Shown one piece after another: positions 1 through 11,682 of a stretch of 64,000 bases of DNA; the stretch's first letter is position 1, and every line of letters begins with the position of its first letter. The DNA is from Candidatus Vogelbacteria bacterium. GTDB lineage: Bacteria > Patescibacteriota > Minisyncoccia > Phycocordibacterales > XYD1-FULL-46-19. The translations under genes and the position numbers were made by a program. A model generated the notes under the pieces. That model did not search any database. It saw only the letters and a list, made by a program, of their open reading frames with translations, and was not told where the DNA came from. The stretch lies in NCBI GenBank assembly GCA_021414225.1, contig JAIOOX010000004.1, forward strand, positions 2,206-66,205, read 5' to 3'.

Positions 1-1
1 A

Positions 2-1426
2 CTATTATGCTCCAAAAAATTGTTTTCCGATAGCAAATAACACCTCTTCGTTGAAATGATCAGCTGTAAATTGCACCCCCAGTGGTAAACCAGATTTCGT
101 CACACCAGATGGCACAGAAATAGCCGGCACTCCTGCTAAATTGACAGGAACAGTAAAAATATCTTCCAAATACATTTGTAGTGGATCATTAACTTTCGCA
201 CCCACTGGAAAAGCTGGGGTGGGAGCAGTAGGAGTCAAAATCAGATCAACCCCGTTATTGTTTTTATCAAAAGCTTTTTTATATTCATTGGTAATAACTT
301 GTCGGACACCACAAGCTTTGCCATAGTAAGCATCGTAATAACCAGCCGACAAAACATACGTACCCAACATAATCCGCCGACGAACTTCTGGCCCAAAACC
401 TTCCCCTCTCGTTTTCATGTAGTCTTCCAAAAGATTTAGACCGTCAACATGAGAACCATAACGAACCCCATCGAAACGCGACATATTAGAAGAGACCTCA
501 GCGGGCATCAAAACATAATAACAAGCTAGTGAATATTTAAGATTCGGTAGTTCAATCTGTCTTACTTCGTGACCCAACTCAGTCAGTTTCTTAAGAGTTT
601 CATCAAAATTTTGCTTCACCTCTGCATCAAGACCGCGACTAACAAAGTCAGTCGGCACACCGATCACTAATTTACTAGACACAGTCGCTAGTTTGGGATC
701 AACACTCGTTGAATCGAAAGAGTCTCGGCCGGCAATTATTTTATACAAAGTTTCAGCATCCTCTACTGTTTTAGTGATTGGTCCAATTTGATCAAGAGAT
801 GAAGCCATCGCCATGACTCCATGACGAGAGACTGTACCATAGGTAGGCTTTAGACCAACCACCCCACAAAAGCTAGCTGGTTGACGAATAGAACCACCAG
901 TATCAGAACCAAGGGCACAAAGGGCCAGATCTCCGCCAACTACGGCCGCTGAACCACCAGAAGAACCACCAGCCACTCGCTCAGAATCATACGGGTTTCT
1001 GGTTGGACCAAAAGCGGAGTTTTCAGTTGAGCCACCCATAGCAAATTCATCCATGTTTGTCCGACCTATAAAAATAGCTCCAGCTTGTTTTAGTTTTTCA
1101 ATCACCGTCGCATCATAAGTGGCTCGATAATCGGCTAACATTTTTGAGGCCGCTGTCGCCACTCGACCCTTAATTAAAATATTGTCCTTAATCGCAATTG
1201 GAACACCAGTCAGTGGACCAACTTCAGCTCCAGAAGCACGCAACTCGTCAGCTTTTTTCGCTTGATCTAGAACGTCAGAAAAAACTTCCAAATAAGCATT
1301 CAAATCTTTATTTCTAATTTCAATATTAGCTAAATAAGCTTTAACCAAGTCGGTCGAAGTAAATTCACCGGATTGTAACCCGGTTATCGCTTTTGTAATT
1401 GTTAAATTCTTAAGATCAAGAGCCAT
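2..1426 (-). CDS. gatA: Glu-tRNA(Gln)/Asp-tRNA(Asn) amidotransferase subunit A (amidase family)
   Basis: 473-aa ORF with amidase signature GGSSGGSAAVV and the conserved Ser-cisSer-Lys context. It sits immediately downstream of gatC. Confidence 0.9.
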
Positions 1427-1431
1427 ATTCG

Positions 1432-1728
1432 CTATTTATTATTCAGAACTGGTTTAACTTTTACAAAATCACCAGACCGAGCTGGAGCTTCAGCTAGCAA
1501 GACTTCTTGATCAGCCCCTGTTTCATTAGGATTAGTATCTGATCGAACCACATTGGTTACCAAAGCGTGTCCAACCGAGATGTTACTGTCAGTAATATTG
1601 ACCTGATCAAGCTCTGAAACATAACCCAAAATCGACTCCAAGTCCTTTTGCAGTTTATCTTTTTCTTCTTCTTTTAGCTCTAGGCGAGCTAGTTGGGCCA
1701 AGTTTTCTAAGTCAGACCGGTCAATCAT
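1432..1728 (-). CDS. gatC: amidotransferase subunit C
   Basis: Small ORF with the GatC-like N-terminus MIDRSDLENLAQLARLEL. The ATG at 1728 is preferred over the GTG at 1746 used by the ORF track. Confidence 0.8.
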   Translation of the reverse strand: MIDRSDLENLAQLARLELKEEEKDKLQKDLESILGYVSELDQVNITDSNISVGHALVTNVVRSDTNPNETGADQEVLLAEAPARSGDFVKVKPVLNNK

Positions 1729-1745
1729 ATGGCTTCTACTATACA

Positions 1746-3755
<2,010 letters not shown>

Positions 3756-3778
3756 CTACAACAAGCAGAATGTTCAAT

Positions 3779-4342
3779 CTATCTGATTGTTGGTTTTAGA
3801 TCTTGAACCCTCCTTAAAACAAGCCTATTGTTTGATTCACAGTCAGCATTATTATACCCGACAGAGTCAGATTCAAACCCATCTATATTGTTTGATACAG
3901 TCACTTTAGCACAAGAATTATCATTAATATCCTGTATCGTAAATTCCCAATTACCATTTTCAGTGTCGCCCGGCGCTAAATCATTTGGACTTATGACTGA
4001 AGTGTCATCCAAGCACATAATTTCTATGTCTGAATCACTTTTAGTAAATACTGAACCTTGAGATTGACCAGTAATTTCATTATAAGAATCTTCAACAAAA
4101 CCAAAACTGCCTTGTTTATTCCAATAACGAGCACAGGCTCGGCCAACGTCAGCCGCATAATAAGCTATCTGAGAACTCTGTCCTACTCCAGACAAAATTA
4201 ATTGTTTAAAAATAATATTTGATAAAATCAAACCACCAATAGCCACTACACTGGCCACTAAAACAGCATAAAGAATCGCAAAACCATTATTATCTTTTTT
4301 GTTATTGTCCAATATCATAACCAGCATTAAATACATAATCAT
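3779..4342 (-). CDS. pilin-like protein, putative minor pilin
   Basis: N-terminal hydrophobic segment after NNGFAILYAV, which is a degenerate prepilin motif. It is the last gene of the minor-pilin operon. Confidence 0.4.
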   Translation of the reverse strand: MIMYLMLVMILDNNKKDNNGFAILYAVLVASVVAIGGLILSNIIFKQLILSGVGQSSQIAYYAADVGRACARYWNKQGSFGFVEDSYNEITGQSQGSVFTKSDSDIEIMCLDDTSVISPNDLAPGDTENGNWEFTIQDINDNSCAKVTVSNNIDGFESDSVGYNNADCESNNRLVLRRVQDLKPTIR

Positions 4343-4880
4343 CTAATATTAATTCTTGTTCAATCATACCTGACTTATTTTTCCAATTAATAGTAACCTC
4401 CACTGGAATAGCCATCTCTTCTCCAGTACTAGAAATAATAGCAGGTAATATTTTTATACTCCTCTTAAATATTGTCTCAGGGAATGACTCTCCATAACCA
4501 TATGGAGCACCAGCTTGTTCTTGAGTCAAATAAGGACAACCATCAGAGTAATTACACGAACCAAAATAAATTTTGTTGGAATCTAAATCAACTTCTCCAT
4601 AGCATTTTGAATTCACACAAGAAGACATATAATCAAGCCATCCTGATGATTCGCCGTCTCCAATTGATTTAATATTAGAGTCCACTTGGTTGATAATTAA
4701 CTCCATACCCTCTTGAGCTAAATAGTAAGCAATGACTTTGTTTTTAATAAACAAACCATCTTCTATCGCCTTAGACATGACACCTAGAGGGATAAGTACC
4801 GCTATTAATAAAATAGTGATCGCCACAAATGTTTCTATTAGAGTAAACCCTTTATCTTTTTTTAGGTTAGGAAATATCAT
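4302..4880 (-). CDS. type IV minor pilin
   Basis: Prepilin N-terminus KGFTLIETFVAITILLIAV with Gly at -1 and Glu at +5. Start overlaps the upstream gene (ATGA). Confidence 0.75.
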   Translation of the reverse strand: MIFPNLKKDKGFTLIETFVAITILLIAVLIPLGVMSKAIEDGLFIKNKVIAYYLAQEGMELIINQVDSNIKSIGDGESSGWLDYMSSCVNSKCYGEVDLDSNKIYFGSCNYSDGCPYLTQEQAGAPYGYGESFPETIFKRSIKILPAIISSTGEEMAIPVEVTINWKNKSGMIEQELILDDYVFNAGYDIGQ

Positions 4881-5419
4881 ATTGATCTATTTCTAAGTGA
4901 AACTGAACTCTGTAAAGTAAAGTCGGTTCTAATCTTAGGTGTAGCCTGAGCCACACCATGGATAACAATAGTAGCTTTTGGTACAGACTGACTAATGTCA
5001 GTATAAATCTCAAAAGTATCTATTGTAACTTCTAGAGAATTCAAAGCAACGCAAGTTTGACTATTTCCAATACACTGATCAACTGTTTTTTTTGCATCAT
5101 TAATTTTATATGTGACTTGTTCCACAGGAGATGAACCACCAAATCGATCGAAAGAAATATCTGTGTAGCAATTAGGTTTACCATTACCACATTCTAAACC
5201 AACCCTCCAATCAGTTCCTTCCCTTAATTCATAAGAGATGGTGTCCATCATAAAGTTTATATTATCCACAACCGCTCGATTAGATTGAATTTTGCGATAA
5301 ATATTCGCCAAAGTGACAAAAGCCACACTAACGACCATGGCCACAATCACAAACAAAGAAACCGAGACCATCATCTCAACTAAAGTAAAACCATTTTTTT
5401 TGTTTTTATCTTTTAACAT
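4877..5419 (-). CDS. type IV minor pilin
   Basis: NGFTLVEMMVSVSLFVIV prepilin motif. Confidence 0.75.
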   Translation of the reverse strand: MLKDKNKKNGFTLVEMMVSVSLFVIVAMVVSVAFVTLANIYRKIQSNRAVVDNINFMMDTISYELREGTDWRVGLECGNGKPNCYTDISFDRFGGSSPVEQVTYKINDAKKTVDQCIGNSQTCVALNSLEVTIDTFEIYTDISQSVPKATIVIHGVAQATPKIRTDFTLQSSVSLRNRSI

Positions 5420-6045
5420 TATTGAGTAGTAGATGAATCAACAAAATCCTCAACTGCTATTTGACCATTAGCGTAAACTGCCACCACTTTACGTTTTTTT
5501 TCTTTCAGTGATTCCACCACTATCTCCACTTTAGAAATTGAATTATCTGGACAATTTTCCCCTTCATCAACACAAAATCTAGGATTAGATTTTGGTCTCT
5601 CAAATGAAATATCCACTTGTGACTGTGGTTCAATAATTCCGTCGGCTTTGTATATATAAATATCACTAATCGTAAAACCATTAAGACTATATTCTGATTG
5701 ACACTCTGTCGTTGACTGTCCACAGGTCGTCTCACTACCTGGGGTGTACTTATAATCAATAGTCGGTAAATCTGCAAATAAAACGAATCGACCTTTTTTA
5801 TCTGGATCTGTTGATAAAGAAACACCATATGCAACCAAATTCCCATTTAAAGCCCTAGTCCCAACCCCAAAGACCTGAGAACTTCTAATGGTCACTGCAA
5901 TATCTTGAGCCACCAAATCAACAGAGGTTTTTTCTCTGAAATTAGGAACGTTAATCAAGATCACTCCAGTCACGATCAAAAAAATACCAATAACAACCAT
6001 CATTTCAACTAGAGTAAAGCCTTGTTTATTTTTTGTGATAGTCAT
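5419..6045 (-). CDS. type IV minor pilin
   Basis: QGFTLVEMMVVIGIFLIV prepilin motif. Confidence 0.75.
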   Translation of the reverse strand: MTITKNKQGFTLVEMMVVIGIFLIVTGVILINVPNFREKTSVDLVAQDIAVTIRSSQVFGVGTRALNGNLVAYGVSLSTDPDKKGRFVLFADLPTIDYKYTPGSETTCGQSTTECQSEYSLNGFTISDIYIYKADGIIEPQSQVDISFERPKSNPRFCVDEGENCPDNSISKVEIVVESLKEKKRKVVAVYANGQIAVEDFVDSSTTQ

Positions 6046-6065
6046 TATAATTTAATGAACGGATT

Positions 6066-7367
6066 TTACTGAGCTGCTTTATTCCCCTCAACAATCGCTG
6101 GATTATCGTATTTAACTTTAATCGGAACCACTTTATCAGCCCCAGATTGTGATGATAGTCTGATGGTGAAATTAGTTCCTCCAACAGGGAATGAACTTAA
6201 AAGAGCTCTGAAATACCAAGGTGAAGTTTTATCGCCAGCTGGAATACTTGATGAACAACTAGCTTCAGAAACTTTGTCTTTACAGAAAACAAAACTAATA
6301 TAAGGAGGTTTACCGCCCAACACACTCAAAGTGAGACCTTCTTCTGTGTCAATCATGTTGTTATTTATTCGAATCGAAGTCAGAGAGTAATAAAGATTAC
6401 CGGTACATTTATCGTATCCGGAACAGTCAACAATTAGTCGACAGTCTCCAGCCAGGGTCCCATTACAAGTATTTATGTCAATATCAAAAGGATCTGGTTC
6501 TTCCGTAACAGTACCAGAGAAAGTAACGGTGACGGTTTTACTCTCATTCATCAACACCGGACAGGTTGAACCAACACTACAACTCGATTCACTCCAAGTA
6601 ATAGTGGCCAATCCGTCAGCTTCAGCTGATAAAGTAATGGAATTTCCTTTGTTCACTTCAGCAGTACAATCTCCGAGATTGCCAGTACTACAACTAATAG
6701 AATTACCAGTAACAGTACCAGAACCAACAACCTTAACTGTTAAAGTTTTCGTTGTTGGGTCAGGATCACAATTAGAACCACCCGGGCAACAGTCAGGATC
6801 AGTATCAGGGTCACAAGGTGGATTACAATTTGCACCACCAGGACAACAATCAGGATCAGTATCAGGGTCACAAGGTGTATCTCCTAAATCAGCCAAAACG
6901 GTCGACATATCTACCCACCCAACCACGTCAGCTCCCCAGGCATAACCAGCAAATTTTTTAGTTGACGGATTGTAAGTTACGCCATCAAAATTGACCCAGC
7001 CATCCCATCCGCCGCCATTCGCCAAAAAACGACCCCAACCAGACATTTTGTAAGGGTTTTGAGTAAAGTCTATTTTCACTGCGTGATTAGGGGCGGCTGG
7101 ATAAGAACCAGTGGGATTAAACTGCAACCAACCCACATTGGAACTCCAACCATATCCAGTGAAGCTACCATCACTATTCACCACCACCGGACTCTGGCCG
7201 GTTTGCATTTGAATCCAGCCAATATTAGAACTCCAAGCATAGCCAGAGAGAGCCTTGGTACCAGTTTGGGCTATTACCTTCTCCACAATCACAGGGGCCA
7301 AAAAAGTCAAAACTGTCACCAAAACCAAACCAGATAAAGCTGAGAAAATAAATTTAGGTCGAATCAT
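6066..7367 (-). CDS. secreted repeat protein, candidate pilus-associated adhesin
   Basis: Signal-peptide-like N-terminus. Four Trp-rich repeats of the GYAWSSNIGWIQ type. A tandem CDPDTDPDCCPGGxNC repeat. The C-terminal region resembles Gly/Thr/Cys-rich bacterial Ig-like 'divergent InlB B-repeat' domains. It lies between pilD and the minor pilins. Confidence 0.55.
   Translation of the reverse strand: MIRPKFIFSALSGLVLVTVLTFLAPVIVEKVIAQTGTKALSGYAWSSNIGWIQMQTGQSPVVVNSDGSFTGYGWSSNVGWLQFNPTGSYPAAPNHAVKIDFTQNPYKMSGWGRFLANGGGWDGWVNFDGVTYNPSTKKFAGYAWGADVVGWVDMSTVLADLGDTPCDPDTDPDCCPGGANCNPPCDPDTDPDCCPGGSNCDPDPTTKTLTVKVVGSGTVTGNSISCSTGNLGDCTAEVNKGNSITLSAEADGLATITWSESSCSVGSTCPVLMNESKTVTVTFSGTVTEEPDPFDIDINTCNGTLAGDCRLIVDCSGYDKCTGNLYYSLTSIRINNNMIDTEEGLTLSVLGGKPPYISFVFCKDKVSEASCSSSIPAGDKTSPWYFRALLSSFPVGGTNFTIRLSSQSGADKVVPIKVKYDNPAIVEGNKAAQ
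6762..6878. repeat. 57-bp tandem direct repeat, two full copies plus a partial one, inside the adhesin gene
   Basis: caggatcagtatcagggtcacaaggtg recurs with a 57-nt period (6785-6821 and 6842-6878). It encodes the duplicated DPDTDPDCCPGG motif. Confidence 0.7.
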
Positions 7368-7447
7368 AGATTAGGTACTTCTTTAAATAATAACACACAA
7401 GGTACTCTAAACGTTAAAAACCTTATCCACATTCATCAGGTATCTAC

Positions 7448-8281
7448 CTAAAAAAACATTGTCAGAAAATGAAGATCGAAAACCAAAGCTAAAATAGTAC
7501 CCAAAACTAAAAACGGCGCAAAAGGGATTTGGCTTTTTAGTTTATTAATCGACGGAACAGCGAGAGCTGGTTTGTATTTAGAAACAGCAATCAAAGACAA
7601 GCCGACCACCGCCCCAATCCAGAAAGCGAGAACAACCGCTATTATCCCCTGATCAAGACCCAAGAAGAAACCAAGGGCTACCGCCAGTTTTACATCACCA
7701 AAGCCCATCGCTTTACCTTTAGAGAAATACCAAATAAACCAGAAGAAACCAGCCAACACCAGGGCCGCTAAAGACTTATTCAACAAAGCAAAGACAATGT
7801 AGCCGAAACCTTGACCTGACACCAAAGGTAGCAACGCTCCCAAACCGGTTAAGATAAAAACCCATTCGTCCGGAATTATTTTATGATGGAGATCGTAAAC
7901 AGCAATCAAGACCAAAACACTAGCGCACACCAGATAAACAATCAGGGTCAGCAACAACGCAATACCCCACCCGGAAGTTAGGTTGTATTTAAAAATATTC
8001 AAATACAAGACAGCGTGAGTAAAACCGATAAAACAAAGACTGGTCAAAAGTTCAACCGCGGGATATTGCCAAGAAATGGTTGACGCACAACCACGACAAC
8101 GACGCTTTTGGATAATAAAACTAACTACTGGGACCAACTCAAGCCACGACAACATCTTGCCACAGTTTTGACATTGAGAACGGCCACCCAACCCTTGACC
8201 AGTACCATAACGAAACAAAATAACATTTAAAAAACTACCAATAATCAAACCGAGCGAGCCAGTAATAAAATAAGTAAACAT
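7448..8281 (-). CDS. pilD: prepilin peptidase (A24 family)
   Basis: Polytopic membrane protein with the N-terminal tetracysteine CQNCG...CRGC typical of PilD. Confidence 0.85.
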   Translation of the reverse strand: MFTYFITGSLGLIIGSFLNVILFRYGTGQGLGGRSQCQNCGKMLSWLELVPVVSFIIQKRRCRGCASTISWQYPAVELLTSLCFIGFTHAVLYLNIFKYNLTSGWGIALLLTLIVYLVCASVLVLIAVYDLHHKIIPDEWVFILTGLGALLPLVSGQGFGYIVFALLNKSLAALVLAGFFWFIWYFSKGKAMGFGDVKLAVALGFFLGLDQGIIAVVLAFWIGAVVGLSLIAVSKYKPALAVPSINKLKSQIPFAPFLVLGTILALVFDLHFLTMFF

Positions 8282-8310
8282 AATATTAGATTATAACTTA
8301 AAACCATTTT

Positions 8311-8357
8311 TCCTCAAACAAAAACCCCGCCAATTGGCGGGGTTTTTGTTTGAGGAA
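8311..8357. terminator. 47-bp perfect palindrome, bidirectional intrinsic terminator between pilA and pilD
   Basis: tcctcaaacaaaaaccccgccaa|ttggcggggtttttgtttgagga. A GC-rich stem is flanked by A and T runs on both strands. Confidence 0.7.
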
Positions 8358-8369
8358 AACTCTATAAAA

Positions 8370-8813
8370 CTATGATCCACACACTGTATCCCCAGAACTA
8401 ACCCCAGCGGTGATTGAGCTAGCAGCTTGTGCTCCGGCTGATCCAGTACTATCAACACAGAAAAAATCATTCTCTAATTCTATCTCAGCAGCCCAACTCA
8501 AAGAAGTTGCCCCACTGGCACCACTTTGAGCACAAACAGCTGTACCAACATTTTGATCATTAGCAGCCGCTAATAGTTTACCAACAGTGCCAGCATCACC
8601 ATTACTACAAACATCTATGATGTAATTACCACTAGAATCTACACCTAATTCTGCTTCCGCTCTCATAGAACTCATACTAGCTTTTGCGGAAGATTCTTTG
8701 GCTTTACTTCTAGCTGAACCCAATGATGTCAACACAATTCCTGACAAGATACCAATGATGGCGATCACCACCAAAAGTTCGATCAAGGTGAAACCCTTAT
8801 TTCCTTTAGTCAT
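8370..8813 (-). CDS. pilA: type IV major pilin
   Basis: MTKGNKGFTLIELLVVIAIIGIL prepilin N-terminus. The internal ATG at 8813 is preferred over the ORF-track start at 8912. A strong terminator follows directly. Confidence 0.8.
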   Translation of the reverse strand: MTKGNKGFTLIELLVVIAIIGILSGIVLTSLGSARSKAKESSAKASMSSMRAEAELGVDSSGNYIIDVCSNGDAGTVGKLLAAANDQNVGTAVCAQSGASGATSLSWAAEIELENDFFCVDSTGSAGAQAASSITAGVSSGDTVCGS

Positions 8814-8982
8814 ATTAAAATAATGAACTAATAATAACTTAATAATATTGAAACGTTCGCCTTTATTTAACGTTTGCTTATAAGTATACCGCCCCCTTGG
8901 CTTCAAGCACAATAGCGCTGTGGATAAGGGCGAGACTCATGAATCCTAGTCTCGCCCGCCATCGAGTAGTCCTTAATTTTCT

Positions 8983-10185
8983 CTAGAAGCCGGATGCGAC
9001 GTTGTAGATAGGCACCAAAACAGAAGTTAGTAGAACACCCACCGCGAGACCAAGCATTACAATCATCGCTGGTTCGATCAGGCCTACCAGAGTATCGACT
9101 TCGTTGTCTACTTCCCGTTGGTAAAACTTGGCGAGAGTGTTTAACACAAACCCAAGCTTACCGGATTCTTCACCCACTTTAATCATCTGGATCATAATGC
9201 CCGGAATCTCTTCGTGTTTAGCTAAAACACCAGACACTGAGCTACCTGACTTGATCAAATTAGTCGCATCCATCAAAATCTTTTTATACACTTCATTACC
9301 CACCACCTCAGCCGTGATCTCAATCGCTCGGACCATGGACACACCACTAGTAATCAAGGTATCTAAGTTGTCAGCAATCCGCGACAAATATAATTTACGA
9401 TAGAGGGTGCCAATATACGGTATACCTAATTGAAACTTAGAGAAAGACATTCTTCCCGCTTGGGTTGGTAGGTATTTAACCAAAACAACCACTACCACTA
9501 AAACCAAAAACAGAAGTAGTAGACCATAATTGACTACCAGATCACTTAAACCGACTACAACCTTAGTATAGATAGGCAACTCTTGGCCGGTTTCTTCCAA
9601 AATCTGAGACAACTTAGGAATAACGAAAGTAAGCATCAAGACCATTACCACCACAAAAGATAGCACCACGAAGGCCGGATAGATCAAAGCATTTTTAGCT
9701 TTTGAAGCTAACGCGTAGGATCGGTCTAAATAGTCAGCTAAGTAAGAGAAAGTCTCAGACAACTTACCCGACTCCTCACCAGACTTGACCATGTTGACAT
9801 AAAACTCAGAGAAAATAGCTGGGTGTTTGGCCATCGCTCCGGAAATAGGAATACCAGACTTAATATCGTCAGTGATATGAGTCAGACTTTCTCGCAATAG
9901 CGGATTTGAAGATTCACTAGCCAACAGACGAAATGTTGAGAGTACCGAAACCTTGGCTTCAAACAAAGTAGCAATCTGACGAGACAAGATCACGATCTCG
10001 CGTGATTGCACTCGTTGGAAAAAAGTTAGATTCGAAAATAAACCAGACCGGCCTTCGGGAGTAACACTGACGATAATCAAATCCCGTCTTTGCAGAGCAC
10101 TGATCGCCAAATCTAAACTAGGAGCATCGATACTCCCCAGTTGAGGTGAACCATCTTTAGTTGTGGCTTTGTAATTAAATAGCAT
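8983..10185 (-). CDS. pilC: type IV pilus inner-membrane platform protein (GspF/PilC family)
   Basis: 400 aa. Two T2SS-F-like halves, each with three TM segments. Confidence 0.85.
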   Translation of the reverse strand: MLFNYKATTKDGSPQLGSIDAPSLDLAISALQRRDLIIVSVTPEGRSGLFSNLTFFQRVQSREIVILSRQIATLFEAKVSVLSTFRLLASESSNPLLRESLTHITDDIKSGIPISGAMAKHPAIFSEFYVNMVKSGEESGKLSETFSYLADYLDRSYALASKAKNALIYPAFVVLSFVVVMVLMLTFVIPKLSQILEETGQELPIYTKVVVGLSDLVVNYGLLLLFLVLVVVVVLVKYLPTQAGRMSFSKFQLGIPYIGTLYRKLYLSRIADNLDTLITSGVSMVRAIEITAEVVGNEVYKKILMDATNLIKSGSSVSGVLAKHEEIPGIMIQMIKVGEESGKLGFVLNTLAKFYQREVDNEVDTLVGLIEPAMIVMLGLAVGVLLTSVLVPIYNVASGF

Positions 10186-10194
10186 TTTTGTTTC

Positions 10195-11259
10195 TTACAA
10201 TAAGCGATCCAAACTCTTAGCATTATAAGTATAACGATAAGCACTCTCAGACGAAATTTCTCCACGACGAACCAGATCGGCTAGAGAGTGATTGAAGTCA
10301 ATCATCCCCGCTTCTGAACCGGTCTCAATCACAACATCAATCTCGGCTGTTCGCCCTTCACGAATCAAGTTGGAGACGGCATTGTTATTGACCAATAACT
10401 CATAAGCTGGGATCAATCCCCCAGATACTCGAGGCACTAAGCGTTGCGAGAAAATACCCAGCAGTGAATCAGCCAATTGAACTCTGATCTGTTTTTGTTG
10501 GGCAGCTTCAAAAGCGTCCACGATCCGGTCGATAGTTTGTGAAGCACTGTTGGTGTGGAGGGTCGACAAAATCAAGTGACCAGTTTCCGCCGCCGTCACT
10601 GCAGTTGAGATGGTCTCCGGACTGCGCATTTCTCCGATCATGGCCACGTTTACATCTTCACGGAACATTGATTTAAGGGCTGTGTGAAAGTCTCTAGTAT
10701 CAAAACGCACTTCACGTTGATCAATAATAGAACGATCACTGGTAAACAAATATTCAATCGGATCTTCGATTGTTACAATATGCTCTGCTCTTTCTCGGTT
10801 TATCATATCAATCATCGCAGCCAGGGTGGTCGACTTACCCTGACCAACCGGACCAACCACCAAGAAGAAACCTTGTTCTTTACGGGCAAAGTCGTAAATC
10901 TGAGTTGGTAAATTTAATTCCTCAATTGTTTTAATGTTAGCCGGAATCAAACGCAGAGCGATCCCCACTAGACCCCGTTGGAAAAACGCATTACCTCGAA
11001 ACCGGACCGTTCCATCTGGAGTATACGAGAAGTCTATTTCTTTATTATCTAAAAAGATCGATTTGTTTTGATCGTTCAAAATCTCCATCGCAATCCCCAT
11101 CGTATCGTCAGCTGACAAGGGTGCTCGATTGACCAACGGGATCAAATCTCCAGCTACTCGAATGGTCGGTGGACGACCAGCGGTCAAGTGCAGGTCAGAC
11201 CCACCTTCTTTTGTCACTATCAAAACCAACTCGTTTAGTTCTTTTTTATAATCAGTCAT
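10195..11259 (-). CDS. pilT: twitching-motility retraction ATPase
   Basis: 354 aa. Walker A GPVGQGKST, and the size fits PilT. Confidence 0.85.
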   Translation of the reverse strand: MTDYKKELNELVLIVTKEGGSDLHLTAGRPPTIRVAGDLIPLVNRAPLSADDTMGIAMEILNDQNKSIFLDNKEIDFSYTPDGTVRFRGNAFFQRGLVGIALRLIPANIKTIEELNLPTQIYDFARKEQGFFLVVGPVGQGKSTTLAAMIDMINRERAEHIVTIEDPIEYLFTSDRSIIDQREVRFDTRDFHTALKSMFREDVNVAMIGEMRSPETISTAVTAAETGHLILSTLHTNSASQTIDRIVDAFEAAQQKQIRVQLADSLLGIFSQRLVPRVSGGLIPAYELLVNNNAVSNLIREGRTAEIDVVIETGSEAGMIDFNHSLADLVRRGEISSESAYRYTYNAKSLDRLL

Positions 11260-11270
11260 GAAAAATTAAT

Positions 11271-11663
11271 TTATTTCTTTTTATTTTTAACAATATCAGT
11301 CACCTTGGCCACCACTTCAGTGGGAGTAGCACTAGCTTTAACAATATAACCATCGGCTCCTAATTTCAGTCCTTTGTTCACATCTTCCTGTTGACCAAGA
11401 TTAGATAAAATAATGATAGCGGTTTTTTCTAAAGATGGACGTTTCTTTAGTTCTTCTACCAATTGAAAACCATCCATCCCGGGCATAATAATATCCACCA
11501 AACAAATATCTGGTACCCAACCACTATCTACCTTCTTTAGAGTCTCGTCCCCACTAGACATAGCAACCACTTCGAAATCGTGTTCGCTAAATTTAATCGA
11601 GTACATGTCAATCAAAAACTTGTCGTCGTCAACTATAATAATTTTGGTTTTTGATGTGAACAT
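11271..11663 (-). CDS. stand-alone response-regulator receiver domain (CheY/PilH-like)
   Basis: IIVDDD...DIIMPGMDG...K receiver motifs. No output domain. The ATG at 11663 is preferred. Confidence 0.7.
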   Translation of the reverse strand: MFTSKTKIIIVDDDKFLIDMYSIKFSEHDFEVVAMSSGDETLKKVDSGWVPDICLVDIIMPGMDGFQLVEELKKRPSLEKTAIIILSNLGQQEDVNKGLKLGADGYIVKASATPTEVVAKVTDIVKNKKK

Positions 11664-11682
11664 AGTAAGTGTCTTTATTATA

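Noticed and set aside
6762-6878. CRISPR array
   Set aside because: There are only two or three units. They are in-frame coding sequence, and there are no spacers. The repeats at 33400-33530 are likewise too few and irregular. No cas genes are present.
6475-6945. 156-aa plus-strand ORF with PPGQQSGSVSGSQG repeats
   Set aside because: It is antisense to the adhesin gene. Its repeats are the reverse-frame image of the 57-bp tandem repeat.
8814-8912. N-terminal extensions implied by the ORF-track starts (pilA 8912, adk 40344, rplF 44654, rpsZ 45296, rplE 47894, tuf 55742, gatC 1746)
   Set aside because: Internal ATGs give canonical N-termini and remove overlaps with upstream genes. Several track starts are GTG or TTG read as Met.
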